From: Atractiella rhizophila
Lineage: Eukaryota
NCBI GenBank assembly: GCA_021432655.1
Contig: MU271182.1
Coordinates: forward strand, 186,001 to 250,000
DNA length: 64,000 nt
Direction of reading: 5' to 3'
The notes beneath the pieces are model-generated. The model worked only from the letters and a program-made list of their open reading frames with translations. It was not told where the DNA came from and did not search any database. The position numbers and the translations under genes are program-made. Every line of letters starts with the position of its first letter. Position 1 is the stretch's first letter. Of this stretch, positions 24,061 to 35,361 are shown piece by piece.

Positions 24061-24528
24061 TTGCAAGAGTTGAACTCCAATCCGAACCAAGGTCAAACAA
24101 CCTCAAATGAGATCCCAGAACCTCCCCCGGATGCCCCAGACGTCGAACACAAGAAAAGAATTCCCTACATTCCCTGGCTCCCCTATGGCGCAAGCCACCA
24201 CAAAATCCCCTTGGAGACCGTTATCGAGGATCGATCCCGTTCTCCTAATCGCGCTCTGCCAGTTCAGGAAATGACGAGTACATTGGTTCAATCAAGAAAG
24301 GAGGTAAAGCGTAAAGCCAAGAAGCTGAATTGGGCGAACGTCGAAGATGTGAAGACAGTGTATGTGCGAGAGGCAATGGAGGGTGTGAAGATTGTGGATT
24401 TTGCGTTTAATATCGGTGCTAGGAAGAGAACAGATCCATGTGCATGGGATGTGAGGCTATGCGGTGGGCCGAAAGAGAAAATGTGGGTGGAGGATGTGGG
24501 GAGCGAAATATGGCTACCAAAGCGATAG
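24061..24528 (+). CDS. Hypothetical protein (155-aa ORF)
   Basis: Open frame only, with no recognised domain. Confidence 0.25.
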   Translation: MQELNSNPNQGQTTSNEIPEPPPDAPDVEHKKRIPYIPWLPYGASHHKIPLETVIEDRSRSPNRALPVQEMTSTLVQSRKEVKRKAKKLNWANVEDVKTVYVREAMEGVKIVDFAFNIGARKRTDPCAWDVRLCGGPKEKMWVEDVGSEIWLPKR

Positions 24529-25405
24529 GCGCTTTATACGTCACAATTTTAGCAAACCATGTTAGGTTAGGGTGATGATCTTTTGACGGTAATGTCTTTA
24601 GGAATTGTATACACCTGTTAGCATGTTAGCATTAGCCAGGCACTTTCAATTTTTTAGCTTGACTGGATGTTAACTCGTTTCCCATCCTCTTTCGCAGTCT
24701 CTGGCCGGGACGCCTAACCTCGTGATCGCAGGCTCCATCCTTCTCATCTCCCAGTCTCCCGTCAGAAGGGAGCACTTGAATATCTCGCTTAAGCAGCCAT
24801 GGGTCATCATCTGACCTTCAACCTCTTTTCTCGTAAACAGCCATGGCCTCTACTTCTGCCTCTGTAAACGATCCCTTCTTTTCCAGTCTCCACCTGATGT
24901 GCTCCTCCTTCACCTCCATCAACTCCCTACTTAAGCCGAGAACTGACTGTCTGAAGGCAGTCACCACTTGCTTGATGAGCTCCTTGAATGCCAGCGCAGT
25001 CATGAGCTGGAGATCGTCCACAGTTCTCTGTGATCCAATTACCATCTTTCTAACCTGATCGATGCGGAAAGTTCGTAAAACGGCATTCCATCAGAGGAAT
25101 TGTCCACGTTCGTCGGGGTCATGCTGCTAACCGCACACGAGGCGGCGGTCTACAAGAATGTAGACGATTGACTCCATATCGTCCCGCACGGGCACATCAT
25201 GCACCGTGCTCTCTAGCAGACGCAGGGACATGAATTCCTCCGTTCCCTACCCAACCGTCAACAATGGTATTCGCATCCAAACAATTTCTCGATTCTTCAA
25301 AAAAACCGAACCGTGCCAAGGCAGAAGCTGATAATGACCATGATGACGACGAATGACTCGAGAATCCAGCAGTCTTAGCAGAACCGTCGCCCAAGGGGTC
25401 GGAGA

Positions 25406-25470
25406 CCGTCGGGGTTAAAACTGGTCAAAAACTGGTCGACCAGTTTTGTACTGCGGGGAAACTGGTCTAT
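25406..25470. repeat. Palindromic AAAACTGGTCGACCAGTTTT motif cluster (putative transposon terminus or regulatory element)
   Basis: Perfect 20-bp palindrome at 25428-25447. Related sequences at 18568-18592 and 56346-56374. Confidence 0.6.
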
Positions 25471-26141
25471 GTCGGGCGCGCCGCGCGCCCGAGGCCACAA
25501 ACATGGCCAAATCTTCCTTCGAATGAAGAGAAGAGTTCTCAGAAGAAAGCATGAATGGAATGAGGAAAAGAAGGAAGAAGGACAGACCCACAAACCCTAA
25601 GCAAAGGCGGAGGAAAGGACTGGTGTAGTTGTGCAAGTCCTTTCCTCCTTCTTCCATCTACGTATCCACCACGCTTTCCTTCCCCATCTTCTCATCCACC
25701 TAGCTTCCTCCTGTTGATTCCAAGGGTCGAAAGGAATGAATTACAATGAAGTTATAATGGGCTTTTTATACCTTAAGGAACTCCGCAAAGGGGAAAGAAA
25801 ACTAGAGCCACAAATGACAGTGGCACGAATGCAGCTTAAAACAGTGCCAAACTCTGACACCTCCGACATCCTCTATTCTCTGATCTGTGAGTGTGCTTCT
25901 GCAGCACGGCGAAAAGGTGCCCCTCTCTTGTTATGTCTCATTCCTTTCCTCTTTGCATGAATGTTGTACTAACAATTATCTCCCAGCATTTTCTGTTTCC
26001 ACTTGCTTCTCACCTTCTGTCCACCAACTTCCACAGCCACTGCTCTCTTGTGCCCCACCCCTCCTCATCGCATCCACTCTGTCCCACCCTTCACGCCTTC
26101 TCCCAGCAGAGTACCAGCTCATTGGACCTTATTCAATCGTC

Positions 26142-28293
26142 ATGTCTGCACTTTCCTCCAACATCTTTGATCCCCCTGTCATGAAGGCACTAACCCACAC
26201 TCGACAGAAGGCTGGGAATAAGAAGGGAAACTGGCTTGTGGACTGGGAAACAATGTGGACAAGCCAATCGGTCAATGATACAGTGGAGAAATGGAAGAAA
26301 AAGAAAAGTATTGTGGGAGAAGAGGAGCGACTATTCTTTGCTGCCCAAGTGTTAGAATATAGGAAAATTGTTAACCGAGTCCTTGACAGAGAGGTATGCT
26401 ATTCTGTACTTATTTTAAAGTCTCTGGGTTACAAGTAAAATGTAGATTAACCAAGGAGCCATTCCCACTGGCTTTCCCCTCTATGGACCTCTTTTCATTC
26501 CTCCCACTGCCGATTATGACCATTTACGGCGAAGAAACGTTTCTGACTGTCCGGAAAAATTTCTCATTGAACCTCTCCCTTGTCCTAACTCCTGAATACT
26601 TTCCTGGCTATAATATGGAGAAATGTCCGGTCAAAGGTTGCATGGCGAAAGTTGAAAAGCAGGGGCTGGCGCCAACTGGTTATCGCTCAGTTTATGGGCT
26701 ATCATGCAATTTGAAAGCAATTGGTTGTTCTCTCAAATGTCAGACTCATGGCAAATGGAGCACAACCTCTCCTAACTTTTGGAGGAACTTTCAGCCATAT
26801 GAATTAGGTATCGGCATATTTTTTAAAATGATTTAATAAACACATGACTAAGTTGCTTGCATAGATGGAATACCTTACTTCCGGGAGTCATCGGCTGTCA
26901 CTCGAGAGCTGTTCAGCTTTATTACAGAATTACGGCCAAAGACTGATGTTGGCAAACTGGGAGAAGCGATTCAGCGTGCGTAACCTGTCTTTGCTTAGAA
27001 AAAAACAACTTATACACTCTTTGTGTTTTGCAGAGCTACATTCGGAGCATGTCCAGCAGATTAAACGAGTTTGGCAACAGTACGCTATTGAAGAACAGAT
27101 TCGTCACAAATGGCCGTCCGGCCCGTTCAAGCTAATCTTGAAGCAGTTCCCAGCTGTTCTATCCAGAGCTGCCGATCCAACTATAAAAGCCGATGCAATT
27201 AATCCCTCTCCATCATCTGACCTCATCAAGACAATCTACGAACACTGGATAGAGTGTGAGCGTGGCCCAGAAAGCAACACGTATTTGAAGACCCTTACTG
27301 GTATGTATTTTGGCTTACCTTGGCCCTCTATCCTAATAAACCACCAGGTCTTTCGTTAGGCCTCGATGCAACCCTCAAGGTCGCCAAGAAGGCAAACATT
27401 TACACTACCGTGAAGGAGACTGGTGGTCATCAAAAAGTATAAGTTACAAATATTTTTGGTGGAGGATTGTTGACAATGGTAAATGAGGACCGAGAACTTG
27501 TGGGATACGTAAGTTATAAAGTTGCTGTCATCTGTAAATTCAAGGCCTAATGATAACAATCCATGAATTTCTTGTTGGAGACTCACTGCTCGAGATGGGT
27601 CCACCACTTCAAGATTTTGCTCAACGTGCATGGCTCCTTGGAGTCGACTTTGAAGGTAGCGGGCAGGCATGTGTTGACCTCTGCTGTCAACATAGGAACA
27701 GTATCCTTCTCTATGTGCCCGAACTCTGGATTGGTCAGGATCTAGCTCATCTCGAAATGCGTGTCTTTGAAAAAATTCCTCATATCAATCCGGCATGAGC
27801 AGATTTCATTGTGGCATTTCGAGACGCAATCTTGAAGAAAAAGGCAGACTTGCACGGTGGGGTTGCTGAGTATTATTCAGTTGAAGAAAGCTTGGAGCGG
27901 CTTACGAAAGTTGAAGACAAGTTCAAGAAGAATCCTGATCTTTGGAACAAGTGCTGTGCCGCATGCGAGCTTCAAAAAGGTCACATTGCGAAGGGATGCC
28001 TTATTCCAAAGCATCAGCAACTCCCGTTTACGACATCAAATAATGAAAACTGGCATAATGCAGCTGGCGAGCCATTTCATGGATCAGCTTCTTCTCTTAC
28101 AACTGTTCTGCATCTCACATTGCTCTGGATCATTCAACAAAGAGAAGGTTTTCGCATGTCGGCCTTGCAGATCATCAGCTTGCAGTGTCCAAAGGTTAGC
28201 ACAGGAAGACAAACCATGGTTAGACATAGGGAGTTCTCCTTGCTCAGTTTCAAACCGGTCCGCCCAGCTTTGGATGTTCTTCGCTCCGTATAA
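26142..28293 (+). pseudogene. Multi-exon DDE transposase with DxxH signature (Mutator-related; superfamily uncertain)
   Basis: Cys-rich CPVKGC...LKCQTH, LGLDATLKVAKKA, GGLLTMVNE, VDLCCQHR, GQDLAHLEMR, TTSNNENWH. In-frame TGA at 27796-27798. Confidence 0.65.
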
Positions 28294-28324
28294 CATCCCG
28301 AAACGATGAGTTGCGGCCACTGCC

Positions 28325-31300
28325 TGCGATGCCTTGAGACGGGTATACCTGCCAGTCTTCATAAGGTTGAAGAAGCACTCCAATGCTCGAACTCGACATG
28401 CTTGGAGCTCAGTGTGAGAGAATGTACCATTCTCCCGTTCTTTGCACTCTTTGGCGCGGTTACACGTTCATTTGTTTTTCATTCCTGTGTCTGCCTACAT
28501 TACAATATGTACATAGGGTTAGGTTTCTCCGTCCTGATTCCTCAGCGTTTTCCACCATCTCATATTCGCTGGGGATCAGCTCACATGGTAGTGAGAACCA
28601 TCTGTTAGCCACAAGTATCTCCTCGATTGTTCAGTATTGGTTTTAACGCCGCCCATTGCGAATTCTTGTAACAACACTACGAAGTGTACTGATTGTACAT
28701 GTCTTCTCGATACCTCACCCCATTCGACGACAGAGATCCTCCTCCACATACACCAGACAACCCTACTAGACAATTTTCTCCTGCCCTATCAAATACGACC
28801 GAGTCTTTAATCCCTTCATCTAACACCTCATCACCTCCACACTCGTTTCGGGCAATCGATATGGAATCTTCGCTGGGACAACGGGACTTATTATTGATGG
28901 AGTGCCTTCTATTCTAAGGGCAGGTTTTACCAGTTGGTGGGCGGCGATGAGAATGGGTCTCCAGGTCCGTATGGTTTACCGCTATGCATTGGACGAGCCG
29001 GTTGGGACGGAGGACTTTCGCCGTACTCAACCTTTGCGTAACACTTTCAGCAATTTGTCACAATGGGAGGACGCTATGGAACGTTGGGAAGCTGGGAACG
29101 CCAAGGCTGTGGCTATAGTCCTTGCGAATTTGGACCCCACGGCTGCGAATCAGCTTTCTGAAGAAGAAAAGCGTGTTGCTAGCTCCATCGTAGCAAGGAT
29201 GCGGGCACTATACAGCACAACCCAGGCCGTTATGGGTCACACGATTATAGCCAAATTGATCACATTTTATCAAAGTGGATCTGGATGCACATCCTTGGCG
29301 CAGTTCATCACCGAATGGAACGCGATTTATGCTGAACTACTCTCTGCAGACTCCGCTTACGCTCTGTCCGATGCAGTCCGCTTCCTCCTCTTCGTTAACC
29401 TCCTTGAACCTGAATGGAGGAAGTTTGCACTCAATCCAAAGAATGTCACCAGGAATGATCTAAACAATCTTTTCCAGAAACTGAAAGCGGAAGATGTAAC
29501 GAACACTGTTCTAGAGCATGGAGACCCTGGTATGCCCATGCATTTTCAGAGAGACACAAGTGTATACGCTGTGTCTTCTTCTCAGTCTCGATCTTTGTCA
29601 GTGCCACCTTCCTCCCAGCCGATATGTTTTTCCCCATCCTCTGCTCATCATTTTCCACCTGCGTCATCTGCAACACTGCAAAGCCAGACTCCCACATTGA
29701 GGCACCCATCTACACCTCCTTATCGACCCTCCTCGGCAACTTCTTCACTACCACGTATCCTCGTTTCTACCCCCCCTGTCGCTCCGATGTATAACCGACC
29801 TTGGTCGGTTCGGCCTCCTACTTTGCAACACTCTGGGAAGACGTATTGTCTCGCAAGGCAGGTTTATGGTCGTCCAGGGACCCGTGTATTTGGCCGCCGG
29901 GCGTGGGACTACGACGGGATTGACTCCGGGCCAGGATCTATCTCGCCGTCGGGTCATTTTATTGTACAGCCAAATACAAGTGTATACTGCCTTGGTATAG
30001 GACACATATCTTCCAGTTGCCGAGTGCCAGTTACACAGCGAGAGAAAACCCGTGATGCTGCCTTCGAGGCGATGGGTATTACTCTTCGACCTAACTCCTC
30101 CGGTCGATCTCAATATGTCCACACTTCGGTGTTGATTGCCAGCCCGGCTTTTGCATCTCCAAACGAACTCAATAGTGATGGCATTCCCCGCGCGGCCAAC
30201 GACATTTTTAGCCCTGGACCTGATGGGCGGTACGATGGAAACCTTGATGGAAAGATCATCCACAATGGTGACCTGTCCTACTGGCCATCCTACATCCAGG
30301 TTGCTTATAAACAACGATGCTGGCCTGTTCCTCTCCCGGCTCAGCATCCAGACCTTGACATTCACCCACTGTTTCTTCCATAATTCTCCCATGACAACCC
30401 AGTGCCTTCAAATGATCCTCATTTTCACACCCATGTACAGTACGCCCCGAATGGCGACATGTCTTTTGACGAGGCATTGCAAGAAATTTCAGACCAGGAA
30501 TACCTCAATTTCATGGAAGAACACGATACAACCCCCGGAAAGATCCTGCCCTCCATTTCTCCCTCTGCACTCCTTGCTTCTACTAATAATTCTCTTCTGC
30601 CTCGTTTAACAAGTTCTACTCCATCCGTATGTGATCAGCCGAAATTTTCTTCTAATTTGTCTTGGATTCGAAATTGCCTTCCTCTTACCATATCAAAATT
30701 TGTTCCTTTCAACCTTCCTCAAAATTTTCTTCGTTTTCTTGAATCCCCTGCTTCAATTGCTGAACGTTTCCTACCTGTTGACTATGCAGCGAATGTTGCT
30801 GCTCTCCATTCCACCACACTTTCCAACCTCGATTCGACAACTCGGTCAAACCCCTTTACGAGTTACGACGCCGTAATTCCTCCTACGGCATTCCGCTTCC
30901 TCACACATGATCGACCGGATGTTCCTTCCGTGTCTGTGCTCTGCTACGTTGATTCTGCAGCAACAGTACATATGTCGGGCTCCACTGCGCTGTTCGACGA
31001 TCTTCGACCCATCAACCCACCAGTCTTTGTGGGCGGAGCGTTTGGGAGTGGAGGATTTGCAACCCACGTTGGCAGGGTCTGTGCACTCCTTGAGGATCAA
31101 AGCGGAACATTGGTTTCCCAAGCAGATCTCGGCACAAGCCTCTACGTCCCTGGGCTTGGTGCCAAGTTGGTGTCCCATTTCGACCTCATGAGGCGTGGGA
31201 TCCGGTTCACCAACGACCGCGAACACCTCTTCTTTCGTAGAGAAGATGGTCGACACTTCGGTATGGCGAAGTTTGGCCAATCACAAATAGAACTCCAGGC

Positions 31301-34300
31301 AAGTTCCCTCTCCCCAACCCAACCTACAGAAAACATAGCTCATCCAAGCCCGTCTGCTTTTGCAGTTACGTCTTCCAAAATGTGGCATTCACGATTAGGC
31401 CACATAGGCACTACATGCTGGCGGGAGCTATGTACGCGGAGGTGGGTTACGGGTTTTGATTGCAATCTACGTGCTTTTGAAACTTGTACTGTTTGTGCGG
31501 CCGGGAAATCGAAAACAAGACCGAATCGACGGACCACAAAGAAGTCTTTGTTCACCAAGGGCGAACGGATTGACTGTGATTTGTGGGGCCCTGCACCTAT
31601 TCCTGCTTCGCAAAGTGGTTTTAGAAATGGGCTTGGAATCGTTGAGGAATCTACTGCCATAATATGGTGGATTCCTCTATGACTTAAGTCAGATGCCGCT
31701 GCGGCGTTGAGAGTGTGGATTGTGGAGACAGAACGTCGTCACAATGTCAAGGTAAAAGTTTTGAGAAGCGATAATGGTGGGGAGTTTAAGTCTATGGTTT
31801 TCACAAGCTTCATTAAGAAATCGGGTATTCTTCATGAAACATCCATTCCTTACGTCCACAATCAGATGGGTTTTATGGAGCGTCGCTGGTACACTATTTT
31901 CGATGTAGCACGCACTATTTTATTAGAATCTGGGTTACCTTTGTCATTTTGGGAAAAAGCTGTACAATTCACTGTCTACACTTTAAACCGCCTACCTACA
32001 TTTTCTCATGGTGTTTGGAAATGTCCTTTAGCACTTTGGTCAGGGGATGCACCTGATCTCTCTTCTCTTCGCACATTTGGTTGTTTGGCTATTATTCACA
32101 TTCCGAAGGAGCGGCAGATCTCCAAACTTCATCCGAGAGGGGCAAGGGGATATTTTGTGGGGTGTTTGCCTGGTGCCAAGGGCTGGTTGTTCTGGGTACC
32201 GTCACAACGGAGATTCATCGAGGCGAAAGATGTAAAATGGTTTGAAGATGAATTTTATCGGGATCGCCCTCAAGAGGATACGGCTAGGTTGAGTGACTGG
32301 ACTCTTGATGAATTCATGCCTTCAGATTTTCACAACCTCGCCGACGAAGTACTGATCAACATTCCTGGCCTTGAAGAAATCATACCTCCCGTCATACCTA
32401 CGCTTTCGAATACACAGGATACACAAACGAATTCGGCAACCCCGGTTATACCGACAGTTTCGACCACATTGCCAGCTCCTCCTGACCCTGTGCCATCGGC
32501 CCCTCCTGCACCCACTCCTTTGATCTCTGGCGATGGAGGTGGGGACGGATTACTGCATGGTGAAACTGAGGAACAGCCTGCTTTGCCACGCACTAGGCAA
32601 GTCCCTAAGCGCTGTCCATATCACGTCCCTGCGCCATACCCTCCACATAACCAGCGCCCAAAACGGAATATTCCTCGGTTTGATTATACTGATCAGTTAA
32701 AAGGGAAACCTTCAGATAAACGACTAGACCAGCCACAGCACTCCGTGTTCTATTTCGATGCTAACTTTAGGTCTGCCACCCAAGACTTCATTCCTTCTTT
32801 AGCTAGCAGGAACATGTCGTCCATGTTAGGGTCCTCCCTACAGTCTTCGCTTACTGGTGATGGTGAGGATGTACGACGATGGCAGGTATTTACTGCCAAC
32901 ACAAAATGGACAGGCAGTCTTGATGAACCCACTTTCAGACAGGCGCTCACAGGTCCAGATGCTGAACATTGGTGGGCGGCCATCTTAGCTGAAATAAACG
33001 CGCTGCAGGCGATGGGGACGTGGGATGCGGAGCCAGTACCTTTGCCTCCTGGCAAGAAAGCAGTAGGTTGTAAATGGGTATTGCTGATAAAAAGGGATCT
33101 AGATGGTAGTGTCATTAAATACAAGGCATGGTTGGTTGCTCGAGGTGATACGCAGACAGAGGGTGTTGATTTTGATGAAACATATGCTCCTACGGTGCCT
33201 ATGGCTTCTGTCCGTGCGATTCTCTCCCTTGCTGCCTCAACACGCATGAAGCTGGGACAGTTCGACGTGAGCAATGCCTTTCTCAATGGCGTGCTCAATG
33301 AGGAGGTCTATCTCCGCCAGCCACAGGGCTTTGTGGACTGTGACCATCCGACTCATGTGTACAGATTACGAAAGACTCTATACGGCCTCCGGCAAGCAGG
33401 CAAAGGTTGGAAGATGCTGCTCATACTTTCTTTATAGGCCACGGTTTTACTCGGTTGGATGCAGACCATGGAGTGTACATCAAGAGTGGGTTAGAAGGTC
33501 TTACTATTGTTGCTATCCACGTCGACGATGGCCTGGTGGCTGCCTCTACACACGCGCTTATAGAACACCTATACACAGCCCTCCGGTCTCAGTTCAACAT
33601 CACCACATCACCAGTAGGGAATTTTCTAGGGATGAGGATAACGTGGGACGAGGATCAAAGTCGCATAACGCTGGACCAGGAAAGTTACATGCATAAATGC
33701 ATTGACAGATACGGTTTACAGGATATGCGCCCGGTTAAAACACCGTGTGAAGTCAATGAGAAGGTCTCCGATACCTGGTCTCCTCAAAATGAGGGCGATA
33801 GGGAGTATATGAAGAGGATTCCTTATCGTGAAGCAGTGGGAGCTCTGATCTATGCTGCAGTCAATACCCGCCCGGACATAGCGTTTGCGGTTAACCGAGC
33901 TGCACGATACAATGTGAACCCTGGACATCGACATTGGTCCATGGTACAACACATTTTTCGATATCTTCTGGGGACGATGGGGTTTAAGCTGATATGAGAT
34001 GCTACAGGGAGCACCACATTAGATGGATTTTCTGACTCTGATCATGCTGCTGACGTGGATACCAGACGCTCCATCTCTGGTGTTACCTTTCGGTTAGGAC
34101 GTTCAGCCATTTCATGGATCTCGAAGATGCAGCCTACTGTCGCCATTTCCTCAACTGAAGCGGAGTACATCGCCCTGTTGACTGCAGCGAGGGAGGCGAT
34201 TTGGCTACGAGCACTCCTCGCTCAACTGGGTTTTGCTCAACAAGGGCCCACACTAATTCGGGGTGATAACCAGGGGTCTCTTTTACTTGCGAAACACCCA

Positions 34301-34470
34301 TCTAACCACAGCAGGACCAAGCACGTTGACGGGCACTATCACTTTACACGCGAAAAGGTAGCGAATGGGGACATTGTTCTCAAATGGATCCCGACACAAG
34401 AAATGGTTGCCGACGTTCTTACCAAAGGTCTAGGACACCTGCAACACTCAAGACTGTTCTGAGATGGGCC
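28325..34470 (+). mobile_element. Ty1/Copia LTR retrotransposon, decayed; probable 5' LTR ~28325-28635, no 3' LTR seen
   Basis: Domain order is gag-PR-IN-RT-RNaseH. PBS-like TGGTTTTAACGCC at ~28638. Confidence 0.9.
28861..34462 (+). pseudogene. Copia gag-pol
   Basis: PR YVDSAATVHMSG; WHSRLGH..CTVCAAGK; IN DLWGP, RSDNGGEF, MERRW; RT CKWV, FDVSNAFLNG, YGLRQA, HVDD; RNase H SDSD, STEAEY, GDNQG, ADVLTK. Stops at ~31680 and ~33995, plus frameshifts. Confidence 0.92.
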
Positions 34471-34557
34471 TTCTCTCATTATGATCGATTGGTCTGACTC
34501 AAAAAAATTTTTTTCTTTCTCTCTCTCTTGACGGTTGCTTTCCCTTCATGTATTGGC

Positions 34558-35361
34558 CTAGTCTCTATTCTGCCTAGAAGGAGGTGAGGTTGCGAGGGTA
34601 GGTGCCGTACTGTGCTGGCCATCATCTTTGTGAGCCACTGGGACGTCAGGAGTGGTATGGGGAATGGAGTAAGGCGGTGGAAGAGGCCGGTTGTCGATGA
34701 GGAAGGCTTTGAGCGGGCGGCATGTCTTTGCTTCCCTGAAAAACCAATCAGCGCCAGCTTCGGTGATCAAAAGAGATTGAGAAAGGAGAGGGGAAAATAA
34801 AAATACAAACTGTTCCAGCAATTCTTGCTTTTTCTTACGGTTATGGCGGGTTTGCTTTGGCACCTTGGTACCAACGTTGTATCCTGAACAGCGGCCCAAT
34901 GCCTTTTCTCCCTTCTTCTGATTCAACTCTCGCCCTCCCTCAGACATCAACTCAGCAAAAATGCCCGGAAGTTGTGCTTCAGCTTCTGCAATGAGTATCT
35001 GTCCTTCAGCAGTTTCAGGAGCAAGCTCATTCGCACTCTCTTCTGATGCAGATTCACCCTCAGAGTCAGAACTTTGCTCTGATGAAGCCCAACTTGCATC
35101 ATCAAAGGTTCCGAAGCAATTCAAAGTCTCTTCATGCTCGCTGCAAGAAGAGATCTCAAAAGGTTCAGGCAATGGAGCATCTGTTAATGTGAGGATCTCG
35201 CTTTCTTCATCAGAAGAATCTGATAAAAGTAACCATGGGTCTGTAACAGATCCTCCCAGTATCTTCAGAGCTTGTCGTTGCTGACTCTTCGCAGCTTTAG
35301 CTGCCCTTGCTGTGACAAGCTTTTGGTCACGAGCTTTCATGCTCTTTGAGCGCCTCCCCAT
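34558..35361 (-). CDS. Hypothetical protein with basic N-terminus and acidic Ser-rich region, probably the 5' part of a DNA-transposon gene
   Basis: 267-aa ORF with a probable intron at ~34810-34735. It ends abruptly against the Copia 3' end. Confidence 0.35.
   Translation of the reverse strand: MGRRSKSMKARDQKLVTARAAKAAKSQQRQALKILGGSVTDPWLLLSDSSDEESEILTLTDAPLPEPFEISSCSEHEETLNCFGTFDDASWASSEQSSDSEGESASEESANELAPETAEGQILIAEAEAQLPGIFAELMSEGGRELNQKKGEKALGRCSGYNVGTKVPKQTRHNRKKKQELLEQFVFLFSPLLSQSLLITEAGADWFFREAKTCRPLKAFLIDNRPLPPPYSIPHTTPDVPVAHKDDGQHSTAPTLATSPPSRQNRD

Noticed and set aside
23625..24575. Telomere-like CCCTAACCCTA and GTTAGGTTAGGG
   Set aside because: Only 1-2 units each, which is not an array.
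25130..25200. RDDMESIVYIL on the minus strand resembling a kinase subdomain IX motif
   Set aside because: No other kinase motifs nearby and a stop follows. Too short to support a call.
29748..33298. Long antisense ORFs within the Copia element
   Set aside because: Shadow frames of gag-pol with no independent motifs.
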